This document shows positions 9,366-20,161 of a DNA stretch of 64,000 bases, one piece after another. This stretch comes from an uncultured Lentisphaerales bacterium. Its GTDB lineage: Bacteria > Verrucomicrobiota > Lentisphaeria > JABSQK01 > UBA12247. The DNA lies in assembly GCA_943788985.1 (NCBI GenBank), contig CALSSJ010000026.1, forward strand, positions 1-64,000, given 5' to 3'. The position numbers were made by a program, and so were the translations under genes. The notes beneath the pieces were generated by a model. The model was not told the DNA's origin, did no database searches, and saw only the letters and a list, made by a program, of their open reading frames with translations. Within the stretch, counting starts at the first letter, position 1; the number at the start of each line of letters is the position of its first letter.

Positions 9366-12035
9366 ATGAACAGTGCGTGCACCACTCTCCCCAGGATCCT
9401 GGCCGTTCTCTGCACTGCCATGCTTGCGACAACGGCCCCGCTCGAAGCGGCGCCGCAGGCAGAGGCGAAAGCGGATTGGCTGGCAAACAAGAAGAAGAAC
9501 ATTGAAGCCAGAGGCAAAACCTATGATCACGACCATATGAGCCGTTCGTTCGACTCCATGGATCTCGATAAGGACGGCCTTTTGACAGCAGGAGAGATGG
9601 CGGCGCACAAAGCCTCAAGAAAAGGAGGGCGCAAGGTAAACGCACAACCCCGCAACGTACCGCAGGCCCCAGCCAACCCACAGGCTCAGGCTAAGGCGCC
9701 GACCAAGGCACTCGCTATTTCGGGTTCCAATGCTCCCTTCGCGGGAGATCCAGCAACCACGGTTTGGTTCAAACAGCCCGCGAACAGCTTTGATCAGTCG
9801 CTGGTGCTCGGAAACGGCCGACTCGGTGCCATGGTCTATGGCGACACGGATACGGAAACGATCGTCTTGAACGAAAGCTCGGTGTGGTCCGGATCGCGTG
9901 TCGCTAACGACATTCCCGGTGGCTACGAGCACCTGCCTGAGATTCGTAAGTTGCTGGTAGAGGAGCGCTATCGCGAGGCGGGACAGCTCACGAAGAAACA
10001 TTTTTCTTCCCGCGAAAAGCCGGTGATGGGAAAAGGCGTCGGCACCTTCGGGCGCTACCAGACGCTTGGTAAGCTTCATCTGAAATTTGACAACACGGCA
10101 GGTGCTGTCACGGACTACCGACGTGTACTGGATCTTGAAACCGCATTGGGAACCGTGACCTACCAGCGCGGCAAAACCTCGTACACCCGTGAGCATTTCG
10201 TATCAGCACCGGACGAAGTTTTTGTCTCGCGTATCACCGGACCCGTTTCATTCCGCGTTTCCATGGATCGTCCGGAACGCTTCGAGACGACTGCCGTGAA
10301 CGACCGCGAACTGCTGATGACCGGCAGGCTGAATGATGGCAAAGGTCAAGATGCACTGCAGTATGTCGGCCGTTTGCGCGTGGTAGGTGGTTCAGCAAAA
10401 GCAGTCGGCAATACCCTTCAAGTGGCTGCTGAGAATGAAGTGATGCTCCTCTTTGCGGCGGCTACCGATTACCGCGGCATGGCGGGACGCCAGCTTTCCG
10501 ATCCGCTGACAGCGACGATCGCCGACCTCGATCAGGTGGAGCAGAAAACTTTCGCCCAGTTGCGTGCGGCGCAGAAAGCGGATCATGAGAAATGGTTTAA
10601 CCGTGTCACACTGAGCTTGCCCGAAACCGACAATAGTCGCTTGGCGACAGATCAACGCTTGGCTGCGTATCGAAACGAAGCTGCGGATCCTGCTTTATCT
10701 GCCTTGTTTGCGAACATGGGACGCTACCTGCTGATCGGCTCATCGCGGCCAGGAGGACTACCTTCGAATCTGCAGGGCATCTGGGCCGAAGAACTCCACA
10801 CCCAGTGGAACGGCGATTGGCATTTTAACATCAACGTGCAAATGAACTATTGGCCGGCTCTGGTCTGCAATATGGTCGAGCTGCACGAGCCGATGATCTC
10901 CCTGATCGAATCACTGGTGGAACCCGGCGAAAAAACGGCTAAGGCCTATTACAACGCACCGGGGTGGATTGCTCACCGTGCAACCAATCCCTGGGGCTAT
11001 ACCTCTGCCGGGATGATGGATCTCGGCAGTGCGGCCTGGCTCTGTGAGCACCTGTGGGAGCAGTACGCCTTTAGTTTGGACAATGAGTTCCTGCGCCGTG
11101 TGTATCCGGTGATCAAGGGGAGTGCGGAATTTTTTCTTCATCAACTGTGGGAAGAACCCGAAAACAAGTGGCTGGTGACCGGGCCTTCTAAGTCTTCCGA
11201 AACCGCCGGCAAGGGGCCGAATGGAGACCGCAGTTCGCCGTGCTACGCGCCGACGATGGATATGCAGGCGCTGCGCCAGCTCTTTGCCAATACGTTGCGA
11301 ACGGCAGAAATCCTCGGTGTCGATCCACAGTTGCAGGAAGAGTTAAAGGCTAAGCGGGCACGCCTTGCGCCGAACCAGATCGGACCTGACGGCAGGATCC
11401 AGGAATGGATTAAACCCTACGAGGATACCGAGCCGACACACCGTCACATTTCTCCTCTGTACGGTCTCTACCCTTATTACGAAATCACTCCGGAAGCAAC
11501 GCCGGAGCTTGCGGAGGCATCGCGCAAGTTTCTCGAAAAACGCGGCGTCGGTCAGAGCACGGGTTGGTCGAATGCGTGGAAAATAAATTGTTGGGCACGC
11601 TTAGGAGATGGTCAGAGATCTTGGGAATACGTTCATCAGATGCTGCTCGATAACAGTTACGACAACCTGTTCAGCCAGTTTCGTCCGCCAGCAAATGAGA
11701 AGCAGAAAAAGCTTTTCCAGATCGAAGCCAACTTCGGGTTTACAGCCGGCGTCGCCGAGATGCTGATGCAGAGCCATCCGGAAACTGGCGAGGTTGGCGC
11801 CGAGCCCGTGATTCGCCTGCTGCCCGCCCTGCCCAAGCAGTGGCCAGACGGCAAAGTCACCGGCCTGCGGGCACGCGGCGGCTTTGAGGTCGATATCGAG
11901 TGGCAGAACGGCAAGCTGGTCGAGTGTCGCGTCCGCTCGCAGCACGGCAATCTGGTCACTGTCCGCTACGGTAATCAGACCAAGGAGCTGAACCTGAAGA
12001 AGGGCGAGAGCACGGCCTTCACACTTACGAAATGA
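9366..12035 (+). CDS. GH95 alpha-L-fucosidase/L-galactosidase with N-terminal EF-hand-like module
   Basis: GH95 motifs LGNGRLGAMVYG, LNESSVW, GRYLLIGSSR, NLQGIW, NINVQMNYW, HRHIS and FQIEANFG. It has a signal peptide and an MDLDKDGLLT loop. RBS AAGGA precedes ATG 9366. Confidence 0.93.
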   Translation: MNSACTTLPRILAVLCTAMLATTAPLEAAPQAEAKADWLANKKKNIEARGKTYDHDHMSRSFDSMDLDKDGLLTAGEMAAHKASRKGGRKVNAQPRNVPQAPANPQAQAKAPTKALAISGSNAPFAGDPATTVWFKQPANSFDQSLVLGNGRLGAMVYGDTDTETIVLNESSVWSGSRVANDIPGGYEHLPEIRKLLVEERYREAGQLTKKHFSSREKPVMGKGVGTFGRYQTLGKLHLKFDNTAGAVTDYRRVLDLETALGTVTYQRGKTSYTREHFVSAPDEVFVSRITGPVSFRVSMDRPERFETTAVNDRELLMTGRLNDGKGQDALQYVGRLRVVGGSAKAVGNTLQVAAENEVMLLFAAATDYRGMAGRQLSDPLTATIADLDQVEQKTFAQLRAAQKADHEKWFNRVTLSLPETDNSRLATDQRLAAYRNEAADPALSALFANMGRYLLIGSSRPGGLPSNLQGIWAEELHTQWNGDWHFNINVQMNYWPALVCNMVELHEPMISLIESLVEPGEKTAKAYYNAPGWIAHRATNPWGYTSAGMMDLGSAAWLCEHLWEQYAFSLDNEFLRRVYPVIKGSAEFFLHQLWEEPENKWLVTGPSKSSETAGKGPNGDRSSPCYAPTMDMQALRQLFANTLRTAEILGVDPQLQEELKAKRARLAPNQIGPDGRIQEWIKPYEDTEPTHRHISPLYGLYPYYEITPEATPELAEASRKFLEKRGVGQSTGWSNAWKINCWARLGDGQRSWEYVHQMLLDNSYDNLFSQFRPPANEKQKKLFQIEANFGFTAGVAEMLMQSHPETGEVGAEPVIRLLPALPKQWPDGKVTGLRARGGFEVDIEWQNGKLVECRVRSQHGNLVTVRYGNQTKELNLKKGESTAFTLTK

Positions 12036-13531
12036 ACCCCACTACCTCCATCGTGCTGGCTGCTCTGGCCACGCTTGCCGCATGCAATTCTGCATTGGCT
12101 GAAGTTCAGAAGCCCAACATTCTGCTCATCTACGCCGATGACCTTGGGCCAGGCATACTGGGGTGTTATGGGCAGCAGGCTATCTCGACGCCCAACATCG
12201 ACAGGCTGGCAGCGCAGGGACTTACGTTCACCAATTTCTATGGCTGCAATGTCTGTGCGCCCGCTCGTGCCAGCCTGCTGTCCGGGCTGCATACCGGACA
12301 TGCCATGGAGCCCACAAAAGGTGGACTCGAGGCGAGTTTGCACATTGGGACGATCTCAGAAGACGCATTCCACGAGCAGATCCGCGCAAAGCGGCCGGTC
12401 AGCACGGTTGATTCCGACTACCTGGGCGAAGTGGCGAAGAGGGCCGGGTACCGCACCGCCTATTTTGGCAAGCTGGGCGTGGGCTTTACCGACACGCATC
12501 AGATGATGCATGACTACGGGTTCGACTATTTCTGCGGGCTCCTCGACTCGGTGATCTGCTGGAGCTTCTACCCCGAGTACTACTGGGAGAATGAGACGAA
12601 GACGATCATGCCCGGCAATCCGAAGCAGACAACCCGGAATCCGAACCTGTTTGCCACAGGCAAAGCGTCGATGACCTACTCCGAGGATGTCTGGCTGGAA
12701 AAGGCCCTGGCCTATCTGGACAAACCGCGGGACGATCCATTCTTCATGATCTATGCCACCCAGTTGCCACATGGTCCGGTTTCCATTGCCCCCAAGGATC
12801 ACACGTACAGCGACCGCGCTGAGTGGTCTGAGAACGAGCGCCTCTATGCGTCAATGATTCACAAGCTGGATACATCCGTCGGTGCCTTGTTGGAGAAGCT
12901 CGATGCACGTGGCATTGCGGAGAATACGTTGGTGTTGTTCACCAGCGATAACGGCCATGAACCCAGCTACTACCGCTCGGCGACCCGTCAGGAAGATGGG
13001 AAATTCTCTCATCGAACCTGGGATGGGCACACGCAAGGCGAGGATCGGTTTCGCGGAACCATGGGACGCCGTGGCACCAAACGCTACAATTTTGAGGGGG
13101 GCGTTCTGGTGCCGATGCTTGCCCGCTGGCCCGGAAAAATCGCCGCTGGCCAGACCTGTGAGACGCGAGCCGTAGTCTATGACATCATGCCGACCGTGGC
13201 AGAGCTCGGCGCGGTGAAGATCTCGCACAGAGTCGACGGCATCTCATTTCTGCCCACGTTGCTGGGAACTCCTGAGGATCAGCGAGAGCATGAATTCATC
13301 TATTGGGCGGGGCGCAATGCCTTTAACCGCGATGCAATCATTGCTGGCGACTGGAAGTTGATCGAAGAAAAGGATCTCAACAAGTCGACTGGCAAGAGGC
13401 CTGTCTACCAATGGGCTCTCTACAATCTGGCAAACGATCCGCATGAAACGGAGAACCTGATCGCCGACAATCCAGAGCGGGCAGCAACCATGCTGAAGCT
13501 CGTTCAGAAAGCCAAAACCCCACTACGATGA
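12032..13531 (+). CDS. Sulfatase (Cys-type)
   Basis: Signal peptide and motifs [23 protein letters not shown] and EGGVLVP. Confidence 0.93.
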   Translation: MNPTTSIVLAALATLAACNSALAEVQKPNILLIYADDLGPGILGCYGQQAISTPNIDRLAAQGLTFTNFYGCNVCAPARASLLSGLHTGHAMEPTKGGLEASLHIGTISEDAFHEQIRAKRPVSTVDSDYLGEVAKRAGYRTAYFGKLGVGFTDTHQMMHDYGFDYFCGLLDSVICWSFYPEYYWENETKTIMPGNPKQTTRNPNLFATGKASMTYSEDVWLEKALAYLDKPRDDPFFMIYATQLPHGPVSIAPKDHTYSDRAEWSENERLYASMIHKLDTSVGALLEKLDARGIAENTLVLFTSDNGHEPSYYRSATRQEDGKFSHRTWDGHTQGEDRFRGTMGRRGTKRYNFEGGVLVPMLARWPGKIAAGQTCETRAVVYDIMPTVAELGAVKISHRVDGISFLPTLLGTPEDQREHEFIYWAGRNAFNRDAIIAGDWKLIEEKDLNKSTGKRPVYQWALYNLANDPHETENLIADNPERAATMLKLVQKAKTPLR

Positions 13532-13557
13532 ACCATCATCAATCATCCGAGGCCTAC

Positions 13558-14343
13558 ATGAAGAAGAGGATTAAGGGAGGAAACCGGTTTACGCTGATCG
13601 AGCTGTTGGTGGTCATTGCCATCATCGCGATTCTGGCCTCGCTGCTGCTGCCGGCGTTGTCGGGCGCCCGGGCTTCGGCCCAGCAGAGCACATGCACCAA
13701 CAACCTCAAGCAGATTGGCTTTGCCACGTTAAGCTACGCCGGTGACAACAGTAGCTTCTTCCCGCCCGGGACGGAACATGCCTCGACGTCACCTGGCCTG
13801 AATGTGACTTGGGACGACCTCCTGGGGATGGGCGGCTACGATGGCCGAAATCTGACCCGAGCCACCGCCGAATTGCTCTACATACAGGATGAAGAAGACG
13901 CCGCAAAGATCTATTATTGCCCACGCTCGACGGTTGATCTCTGGGAGCTGGATAACGTTCGTGACTGGTATTACAATTCTCGATATACCATGAGTTACTC
14001 GATCAATGGTGGAGAAGTGAACAGCACGACTACTGCCGGCTTGGTTGGCGTAGGTGGCGTGGGCGTATCAGCGACTGCGGGTTCGCCCGCGGATCCCGCT
14101 GAGACCATCATGGTCGCAGAGTGTCTTGCCGGAATCACGTCAGTTGGGACAACACAGGGCAATCGTGCGGCGGCGGTAATGGGCTGGAATTACTACACCG
14201 CCGACCCCAATCGAAGCTTCATTCACAGCCGCCACAGAACTCTGTACGGTACGATGATGACCTTCGCCGACGGCCATGTCGAGTATCTGCAAATCCAAAG
14301 CACCTACAACAATACCGCCGACAACCTGTGGGATCTGGAATAG
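13558..14343 (+). CDS. Prepilin-type N-terminal cleavage/methylation protein with H-X9-DG-like motif (DUF1559-like)
   Basis: [45 protein letters not shown] at the N-terminus, YCP in the middle, and RH...TFADGHVE at the C-terminus. Confidence 0.9.
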   Translation: MKKRIKGGNRFTLIELLVVIAIIAILASLLLPALSGARASAQQSTCTNNLKQIGFATLSYAGDNSSFFPPGTEHASTSPGLNVTWDDLLGMGGYDGRNLTRATAELLYIQDEEDAAKIYYCPRSTVDLWELDNVRDWYYNSRYTMSYSINGGEVNSTTTAGLVGVGGVGVSATAGSPADPAETIMVAECLAGITSVGTTQGNRAAAVMGWNYYTADPNRSFIHSRHRTLYGTMMTFADGHVEYLQIQSTYNNTADNLWDLE

Positions 14344-14447
14344 AGGGCCAGAATGCAAAATGGGTGAGCGCGGATTCGCTGGGCGCGCTCACGCAGACGA
14401 CGCTCGGAACAGGCGAACCGGTGACCTCCTGGGATCACTGTGATCTG

Positions 14448-14502
14448 TTTTTGGGCTCACGACCAGCGGAGCCCGCGAGTCGAGAGTCGCGGGTCCCAAA
14501 AA
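14448..14502. repeat. Second copy of the heptamer inverted-repeat element
   Basis: tttttgggctcacgacc...gcgagtcgagagtcgcgggtcccaaaaa shares its right arm with the 9248-9342 element. Confidence 0.7.
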
Positions 14503-14533
14503 CGAACAACAACAAAAGAAAGCAGAGAGAAAG

Positions 14534-16786
14534 ATGAAAGCAAAACAGAAAGCGATGTGGGGTCTCGTTGTCGCAGTCATATGGGGCGTCGTTGCCGGGG
14601 CGCAGCCGCTGGTTGCTGAGGGGACGGAATCGCAGTGGCATGGGTATACGCGCTACGATTTCAGCTTCAAGGGGCGCCGCTGCTTCATCACGCAACCGAA
14701 ACAGGCGCTGCCCTCCAAGCCTTGGGTATGGCGGGCGAAGTTCCCCGGGTATCACGATGAAATCGACAAGATCCTCGTTGGGCAGGGCTTCCATATTGCC
14801 CATATCAACTGCGGCGCAATGCTGGGCAGTCCAAAGGCCCGTGATCTGTGGGACGAGTTCTACACCTACGTCACCGAGACTGCGGGGCTGAGCAAGACCG
14901 TGGCGCTCGAGGCGGTGAGCCGGGGCGGGCTGTACGCCTACGGCTGGGCCGCACGCAACCCGGACAAGGTCACCTGCATCTACGGCGATACTCCGGTCTT
15001 GGATTTTAAGAGCTGGCCGGGCGGAAAAGGCAAGGGAATTGGCGCCCCAAAGGAGTGGGCCAACCTTCAAAAGCAATACGGATTCACGGAAGAGCAGGCC
15101 ATGAATTCGAAAGATATTCCGTTGAACAAGTTGGAGCCGCTCGCGAAAGCCGGGATCCCCATCATGCACGTGATTAGCCTGGTCGATCAGGTTGTACCCG
15201 CTGAAGAGAACTCGCTGATCCTGGAGAAAAAATACCGGGCCTTGGGCGGATCGGTCACCATTCTGCCCAATCAGAAAGGCAAGTATTCCTGCAAGGGCCA
15301 TCACTTCCCCCTGGATGATCCGAAACGATGCGCAAGCTTCATCCGGGACAATACGCCTCTGCCGCAGCTGGAAGGAAGTCGGCCCAACATTATCCTGGTG
15401 ATGACCGACGACCAGGGGATGGGTGACCTCTCCTGCATGGGCAATCCGATTTTGAAGACGCCGCATCTGGACACGTTCCATGACCTGTCAACGCGGTTCC
15501 GCGAGTACCATGTGAGTCCGACCTGCGCGCCGACTCGCGCCGCGCTTTTCAGCGGCCGACACGAGTTTCGCAATGGGGTCACCCATACGATCCACGAGCG
15601 GGATCGCATGGCGTTGTCGACGACCACGTTCGCTGAACTGCTGGCGAAGAATGGCTATGAAACCGGGATCTTCGGCAAATGGCACTTGGGAGACGAGGAC
15701 GAGTACCAGCCCTACAATCGCGGCTTCACCGAGGTCCTTATTCATGGTGCAGGCGGTATTGGCCAGAAGTTCAGGGGCAGCTGCGGCGATTTTCCGCCAA
15801 ACCGGGGGTCTAGAAAGTACTTTGACAACGTCCTGCTGCACAATGACACGATCGTTCAGACCAAGGGATTCTGTACGGATGTTTTCTTCCAGGCCGCCTT
15901 GGGCTGGATCAGAAAGCAACATCAGGCCCGAAAGCCCTTCTTCGCCTACATCTCGCCGAACGCCCCTCACGGCCCAATGATCGCGCCGGAGACCTACACG
16001 AAGCGGTGGCTCGATGCGGGCTGGGACCAGAACACCGCCGGGCGCTATGGGATGATCGAGAACATTGACGACAACTTCGGGTTGCTGATGCAGAAGCTCG
16101 ACGAGTGGGACGCCTGGGACAACACACTCGTAATCTTCATGACCGACAATGGCCAAGCGGGGCGGGGTGGCAAGAAAAACGGAAAGCCACAGAAGATGTT
16201 CACGGCGGGCTTCAAGTCGGGCAAATGCTCCGCGTATGAAGGCGGGACCCACGTTCCTGCGTTCTGGCGCTGGAAGGGCGTACTGGGCGAGGGTGTGGAT
16301 GTCAACGCACTGTGCGCACACATCGATTTGTACAAGACATTCTGCGAGTTGGCGGGAGCGGAGATCCCGGATGGCATCCAGACGCTCGATGGACGCTCGA
16401 TGCTGCCGTTGTTGAAGGACCCGAATGCCGCCTGGGCGGATCGCGAGCTGTATACGCACGTCGGACGTTGGAAGAAGGACGAAGACCCAAACCTCTCCCG
16501 TGACAAGAAACGGCAATGGGCCGTGCGAACTCAAAGATGGCGATTGGTCGACGATGAGCTTTACGACATCGAGAGCGATCCCTTCGAAGCGACCAGCGTG
16601 GCGTCCGAACACCCGGAAGTCGTGGAACGCCTTACGAAATCCTATCGCACATGGTGGAAGGAAACCGTGCCCTTGATGGTCAACGAGGACCACCCCTATC
16701 CCAGCGAGAACCCGCAGGCCGTGCGCTACGAAAAGCAGCTCAAGGAACGTGGGATTCCCGACTGGGAGCCCGCGCTGTTCAAATAA
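14534..16786 (+). CDS. Fusion of alpha/beta-hydrolase (putative esterase) and sulfatase
   Basis: The N-domain has PWVWRAKF, LEAVSRGG and GHH. The C-domain has RPNIILVMTDDQG, CAPTR, GKWHLG and TDNG. The ORF is continuous. Confidence 0.9.
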   Translation: MKAKQKAMWGLVVAVIWGVVAGAQPLVAEGTESQWHGYTRYDFSFKGRRCFITQPKQALPSKPWVWRAKFPGYHDEIDKILVGQGFHIAHINCGAMLGSPKARDLWDEFYTYVTETAGLSKTVALEAVSRGGLYAYGWAARNPDKVTCIYGDTPVLDFKSWPGGKGKGIGAPKEWANLQKQYGFTEEQAMNSKDIPLNKLEPLAKAGIPIMHVISLVDQVVPAEENSLILEKKYRALGGSVTILPNQKGKYSCKGHHFPLDDPKRCASFIRDNTPLPQLEGSRPNIILVMTDDQGMGDLSCMGNPILKTPHLDTFHDLSTRFREYHVSPTCAPTRAALFSGRHEFRNGVTHTIHERDRMALSTTTFAELLAKNGYETGIFGKWHLGDEDEYQPYNRGFTEVLIHGAGGIGQKFRGSCGDFPPNRGSRKYFDNVLLHNDTIVQTKGFCTDVFFQAALGWIRKQHQARKPFFAYISPNAPHGPMIAPETYTKRWLDAGWDQNTAGRYGMIENIDDNFGLLMQKLDEWDAWDNTLVIFMTDNGQAGRGGKKNGKPQKMFTAGFKSGKCSAYEGGTHVPAFWRWKGVLGEGVDVNALCAHIDLYKTFCELAGAEIPDGIQTLDGRSMLPLLKDPNAAWADRELYTHVGRWKKDEDPNLSRDKKRQWAVRTQRWRLVDDELYDIESDPFEATSVASEHPEVVERLTKSYRTWWKETVPLMVNEDHPYPSENPQAVRYEKQLKERGIPDWEPALFK

Positions 16787-16814
16787 CAACAACCTGATTT
16801 GTGGAAAGATTGAG

Positions 16815-19800
16815 ATGAAGAACCGTAGTTTGCTGGGAGTCGTTCTACTTGGTGGCCTGCTGTGCCTGCACACTGTGGCCGCGGCGCAGCCCTCAACCGT
16901 CATACCCGTGCCGTCGAAGCTGAAGAAGTTCATGCCACGGTTGCACCTGGAGAAGCTCGAGGAAGCCAAATCAGGCGACATCGACGTTGTGATGATCGGC
17001 GACTCGATTACCCATGCCTGGAGTCGCCATCCCGAGGCACTTCAACGGACATCAAGCTGCTGAACCTTGGGTTTCCTGGCGATCGGACTCAGAATGTGCT
17101 GTGGCGCCTGCAGCATGGCGCGGTCGATGGGCTCTCGCCCAAGCTCGTGACACTGATGATCGGTACCAATCATATGCATGAGGGTAAGAAGGGATATGCG
17201 CCGGATGACCCCGCCGATATCTTCACGGGTATCGAGGCCGTCGTGGCAGAGCTGCGCACGCGTTTGCCGGAGGCAAAGCTGCTGGTCTTTTCCCTTTTTC
17301 CTCGCAAGCCAGGCCCGGAGAATGACCGGGTCAATGCGGTGAATGCCTTGCTGCCTCGCCTCGCCGACGGGCGTCAGGTGTTCCATGTCGACATCAATCA
17401 GGCCTTTGTGGATACCACAGGACGACAAAACACCAGCCTCTTCAGCCGTGACCGGCTCCATTTGAATCCAGACGGCTATGCGGCCTGGGCCAAGGCGCTG
17501 CTACCGCTGCTGCAGAGGGAGGGGATCACAGCAGCCTCGAATGCGCAGGCCGCATCGGTGAAACGTGGAAAATCCGCAGATGGCGCCACCAAAAAAGAGT
17601 ATCTTGCCAACAAAAAGAAGAACATCGAGGCCAGAGGAAAGCACTACGACCCAACTCAGTGGAGCGAGCATTTTGACCGGATGGACCTCGATAAGGACGG
17701 TGTCTTGAGACCGCAAGAGCAAGCGGCCTATGACGCCACGAAGAAAGCTGGCAAGACGGCCACGGAAGCCGCCAGCAAAGCGCAGCAGGCCCCGGCCAAG
17801 CGTACAGGCCAGTCTCCGGTTGCCACTGTGCCCGCCTCAGCCATCTCGAGCTCAGACGCGCCGTTCACGGGAAGTCCTGCCACCACAGTCTGGTTCAAGC
17901 AGCCAGGTAAAGGCTTTGATCAGTCACTGGTGATTGGCAACGGACGGGTCGGCGCTATGGTCTACGGCAGCCCGGATGAGGAACGCATTATCCTCAACGA
18001 AGAATCGGTCTGGTCTGGATCACGCGGCGAGAACAATGTGCCCGGTGGCTACCAGTATCTCCCAGAAATGCGCCGCCTGCTGGCCGAGGAGAAGTTTGCC
18101 GAGGCGAATGCCCTCAAGCGTAAGGCGTTCCCGACCAAGGGAGCGCCAAAATACGCCAACAAGATTTCGCCGTTTGGGCGCTATCAGACGCTTGGGACCC
18201 TGCGCCTGACCTTTTCCGGTACGACCGAGCCGGTCACGGACTATCGGCGCGAGCTGGATCTCAGCACCGGGTTGGGAACGGTGACCTACAAGCGGGGCGA
18301 GACATCGTTCAGCCGCGAGCACTTTGTATCCGCGCCTGATGAGGTATTTGTCTCACGCCTGACCGGGCCGATTGCGTTTAGCGTGGCGCTGGATCGCCCG
18401 GAGCGCTTCGAAACGACAGCCGTCAATGACCGCGAGCTGCTGATCAGCGGACATCTCAACGATGGCTACGATCAAGATGGCATGCTCTACGTCGGCCGTC
18501 TGCGTGTGGTAGGTGGCACAGCAAAGGCCGACGGCAATAGGCTCGTGGTCAGCAGCGAAGACGAGGTGCTGTTGCTCTTTGCAGCGGCCACGGACTACCG
18601 CGGCATCGCCGGACGCCAGCTGACCGATCCCCTTGGCGCGACAACGAGCGACCTCGATAAGGCCGAGACCAAGTCCTACGCCCAGTTGCGGACTGCGCAG
18701 AAGAGAGACCATGCGCAGTTTTTCAACCGCGTTACGCTGCAGCTACCGGAAACAGACAACAGTCGGTTACCGACCGATCAGCGTCTGGCAGCCTCCCGGG
18801 AGGGCGCGGCAGACCCGTCGCTGACTGCGCTGTTCGCAAACATGGGCCGCTATTTGTTGATCAGCTCCTCGCGGCCAGGCGGCCTGGTAGCGAACTTGCA
18901 GGGCATTTGGGCCGAAGAAGTCCACACGATGTGGAACGGCGATTATCACTTCAACATCAACACCCAGATGAACTACTGGCCAGCACTGACCTGCAATCTG
19001 GTCGAGATGCAGGAACCGCTAAATACCTTCATTGCCTCCCTGGTCGAACCAGGCTCGAAGACTGCCAAGGCCTACTACGACTCGCCCGGGTGGATTGCCC
19101 ATCGCATGACCAACGTCTGGGGCTACACCGCGCCGGCCGGCCTCGACATCGGCGGTCCGGCCTGGCTCTGCGAGCACCTCTGGGAGCAGTATGCATTCAC
19201 CTTGGATAAGACGTTCCTGGCCGATGTCTATCCGGTCATGAAGGGAAGTGTCGAGTTCTATCTCTACAACCTCTACGAAGAACCCGAGAACAACTGGCTG
19301 GTGACGGGCCCGTCGGCGTCGCCCGAGAACGGGTTTCACCTCCCGAACGGCGGCACGGGTTCGGGCATTTGTGTGGGCCCCACGATCGATATGCAGCAGT
19401 TGCGCGAACTGTTTGGCAACACCATCCAGGCTGCGAGAATCCTGGGCGTGGATGAGGATCTGCAGCGCGAGCTCCTGGAGAAGCGGCCACGGCTGGCCCC
19501 GAATCAGATCGCCCCGGATGGCGTCCTGCAGGAGTGGCTCAAGCCCTATGAAGAGCGCGAACCTACGCATCGGCACTGCTCGCCCTTGTACGGGCTCTAT
19601 CCCTACTACGAAATCACACCAGACGGCACGCCGGAGATTGCCGAGGCCGCGCGCAAGCTGCTCGAACGCCGTGGCGTCGGACAGAGCACCGGCTGGTCCA
19701 ATGCCTGGCGTGTCAACCTCTGGGCTCGCATGGCCGATGCCGAGAAATCCTGGGACTTCGCCCACCGCATGCTCACCGATAACTGCTTCGACAATATGTT

Positions 19801-20161
19801 GAGCCAGTTTCGCCCCGGCAAGCGCAAGCTGTTCCAGATTGAGGCCAACTTTGGCCTGACCTCCGGAGTTATCGAGATGCTGCTGCAAAGCCAGCCTGAG
19901 AGCGGGGCCATCGGCGCGCCGCCGGTGATTCGCCTGCTGCCCGCCCTGCCCAAGCAGTGGCCAGCCGGCAAAGTCACCGGCCTGCGGGCACGCGGCGGCT
20001 TTGAGGTCAATATCGAGTGGAAAGACGGCGCCCTGGTTTCCTGCAGCCTGCTGTCGCTGGGGCACCACACTTGCAAAGTCCGCTACGGCGACTGGACCGA
20101 GACGCTGACCATGGAACCAGCAGAGAGCAGAACGATCTTTGCCACTGGTATGGAACAGTAA
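16815..20161 (+). CDS. Fusion of SGNH esterase, EF-hand-like module and GH95 glycosidase (one frameshift near 17050)
   Basis: Signal peptide and IGDSIT lie in ORF 16749..17063. GFPGDRT, IGTN, DRLH, MDLDKDGVL and the full set of GH95 motifs lie in ORF 16862..20161. Confidence 0.88.
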
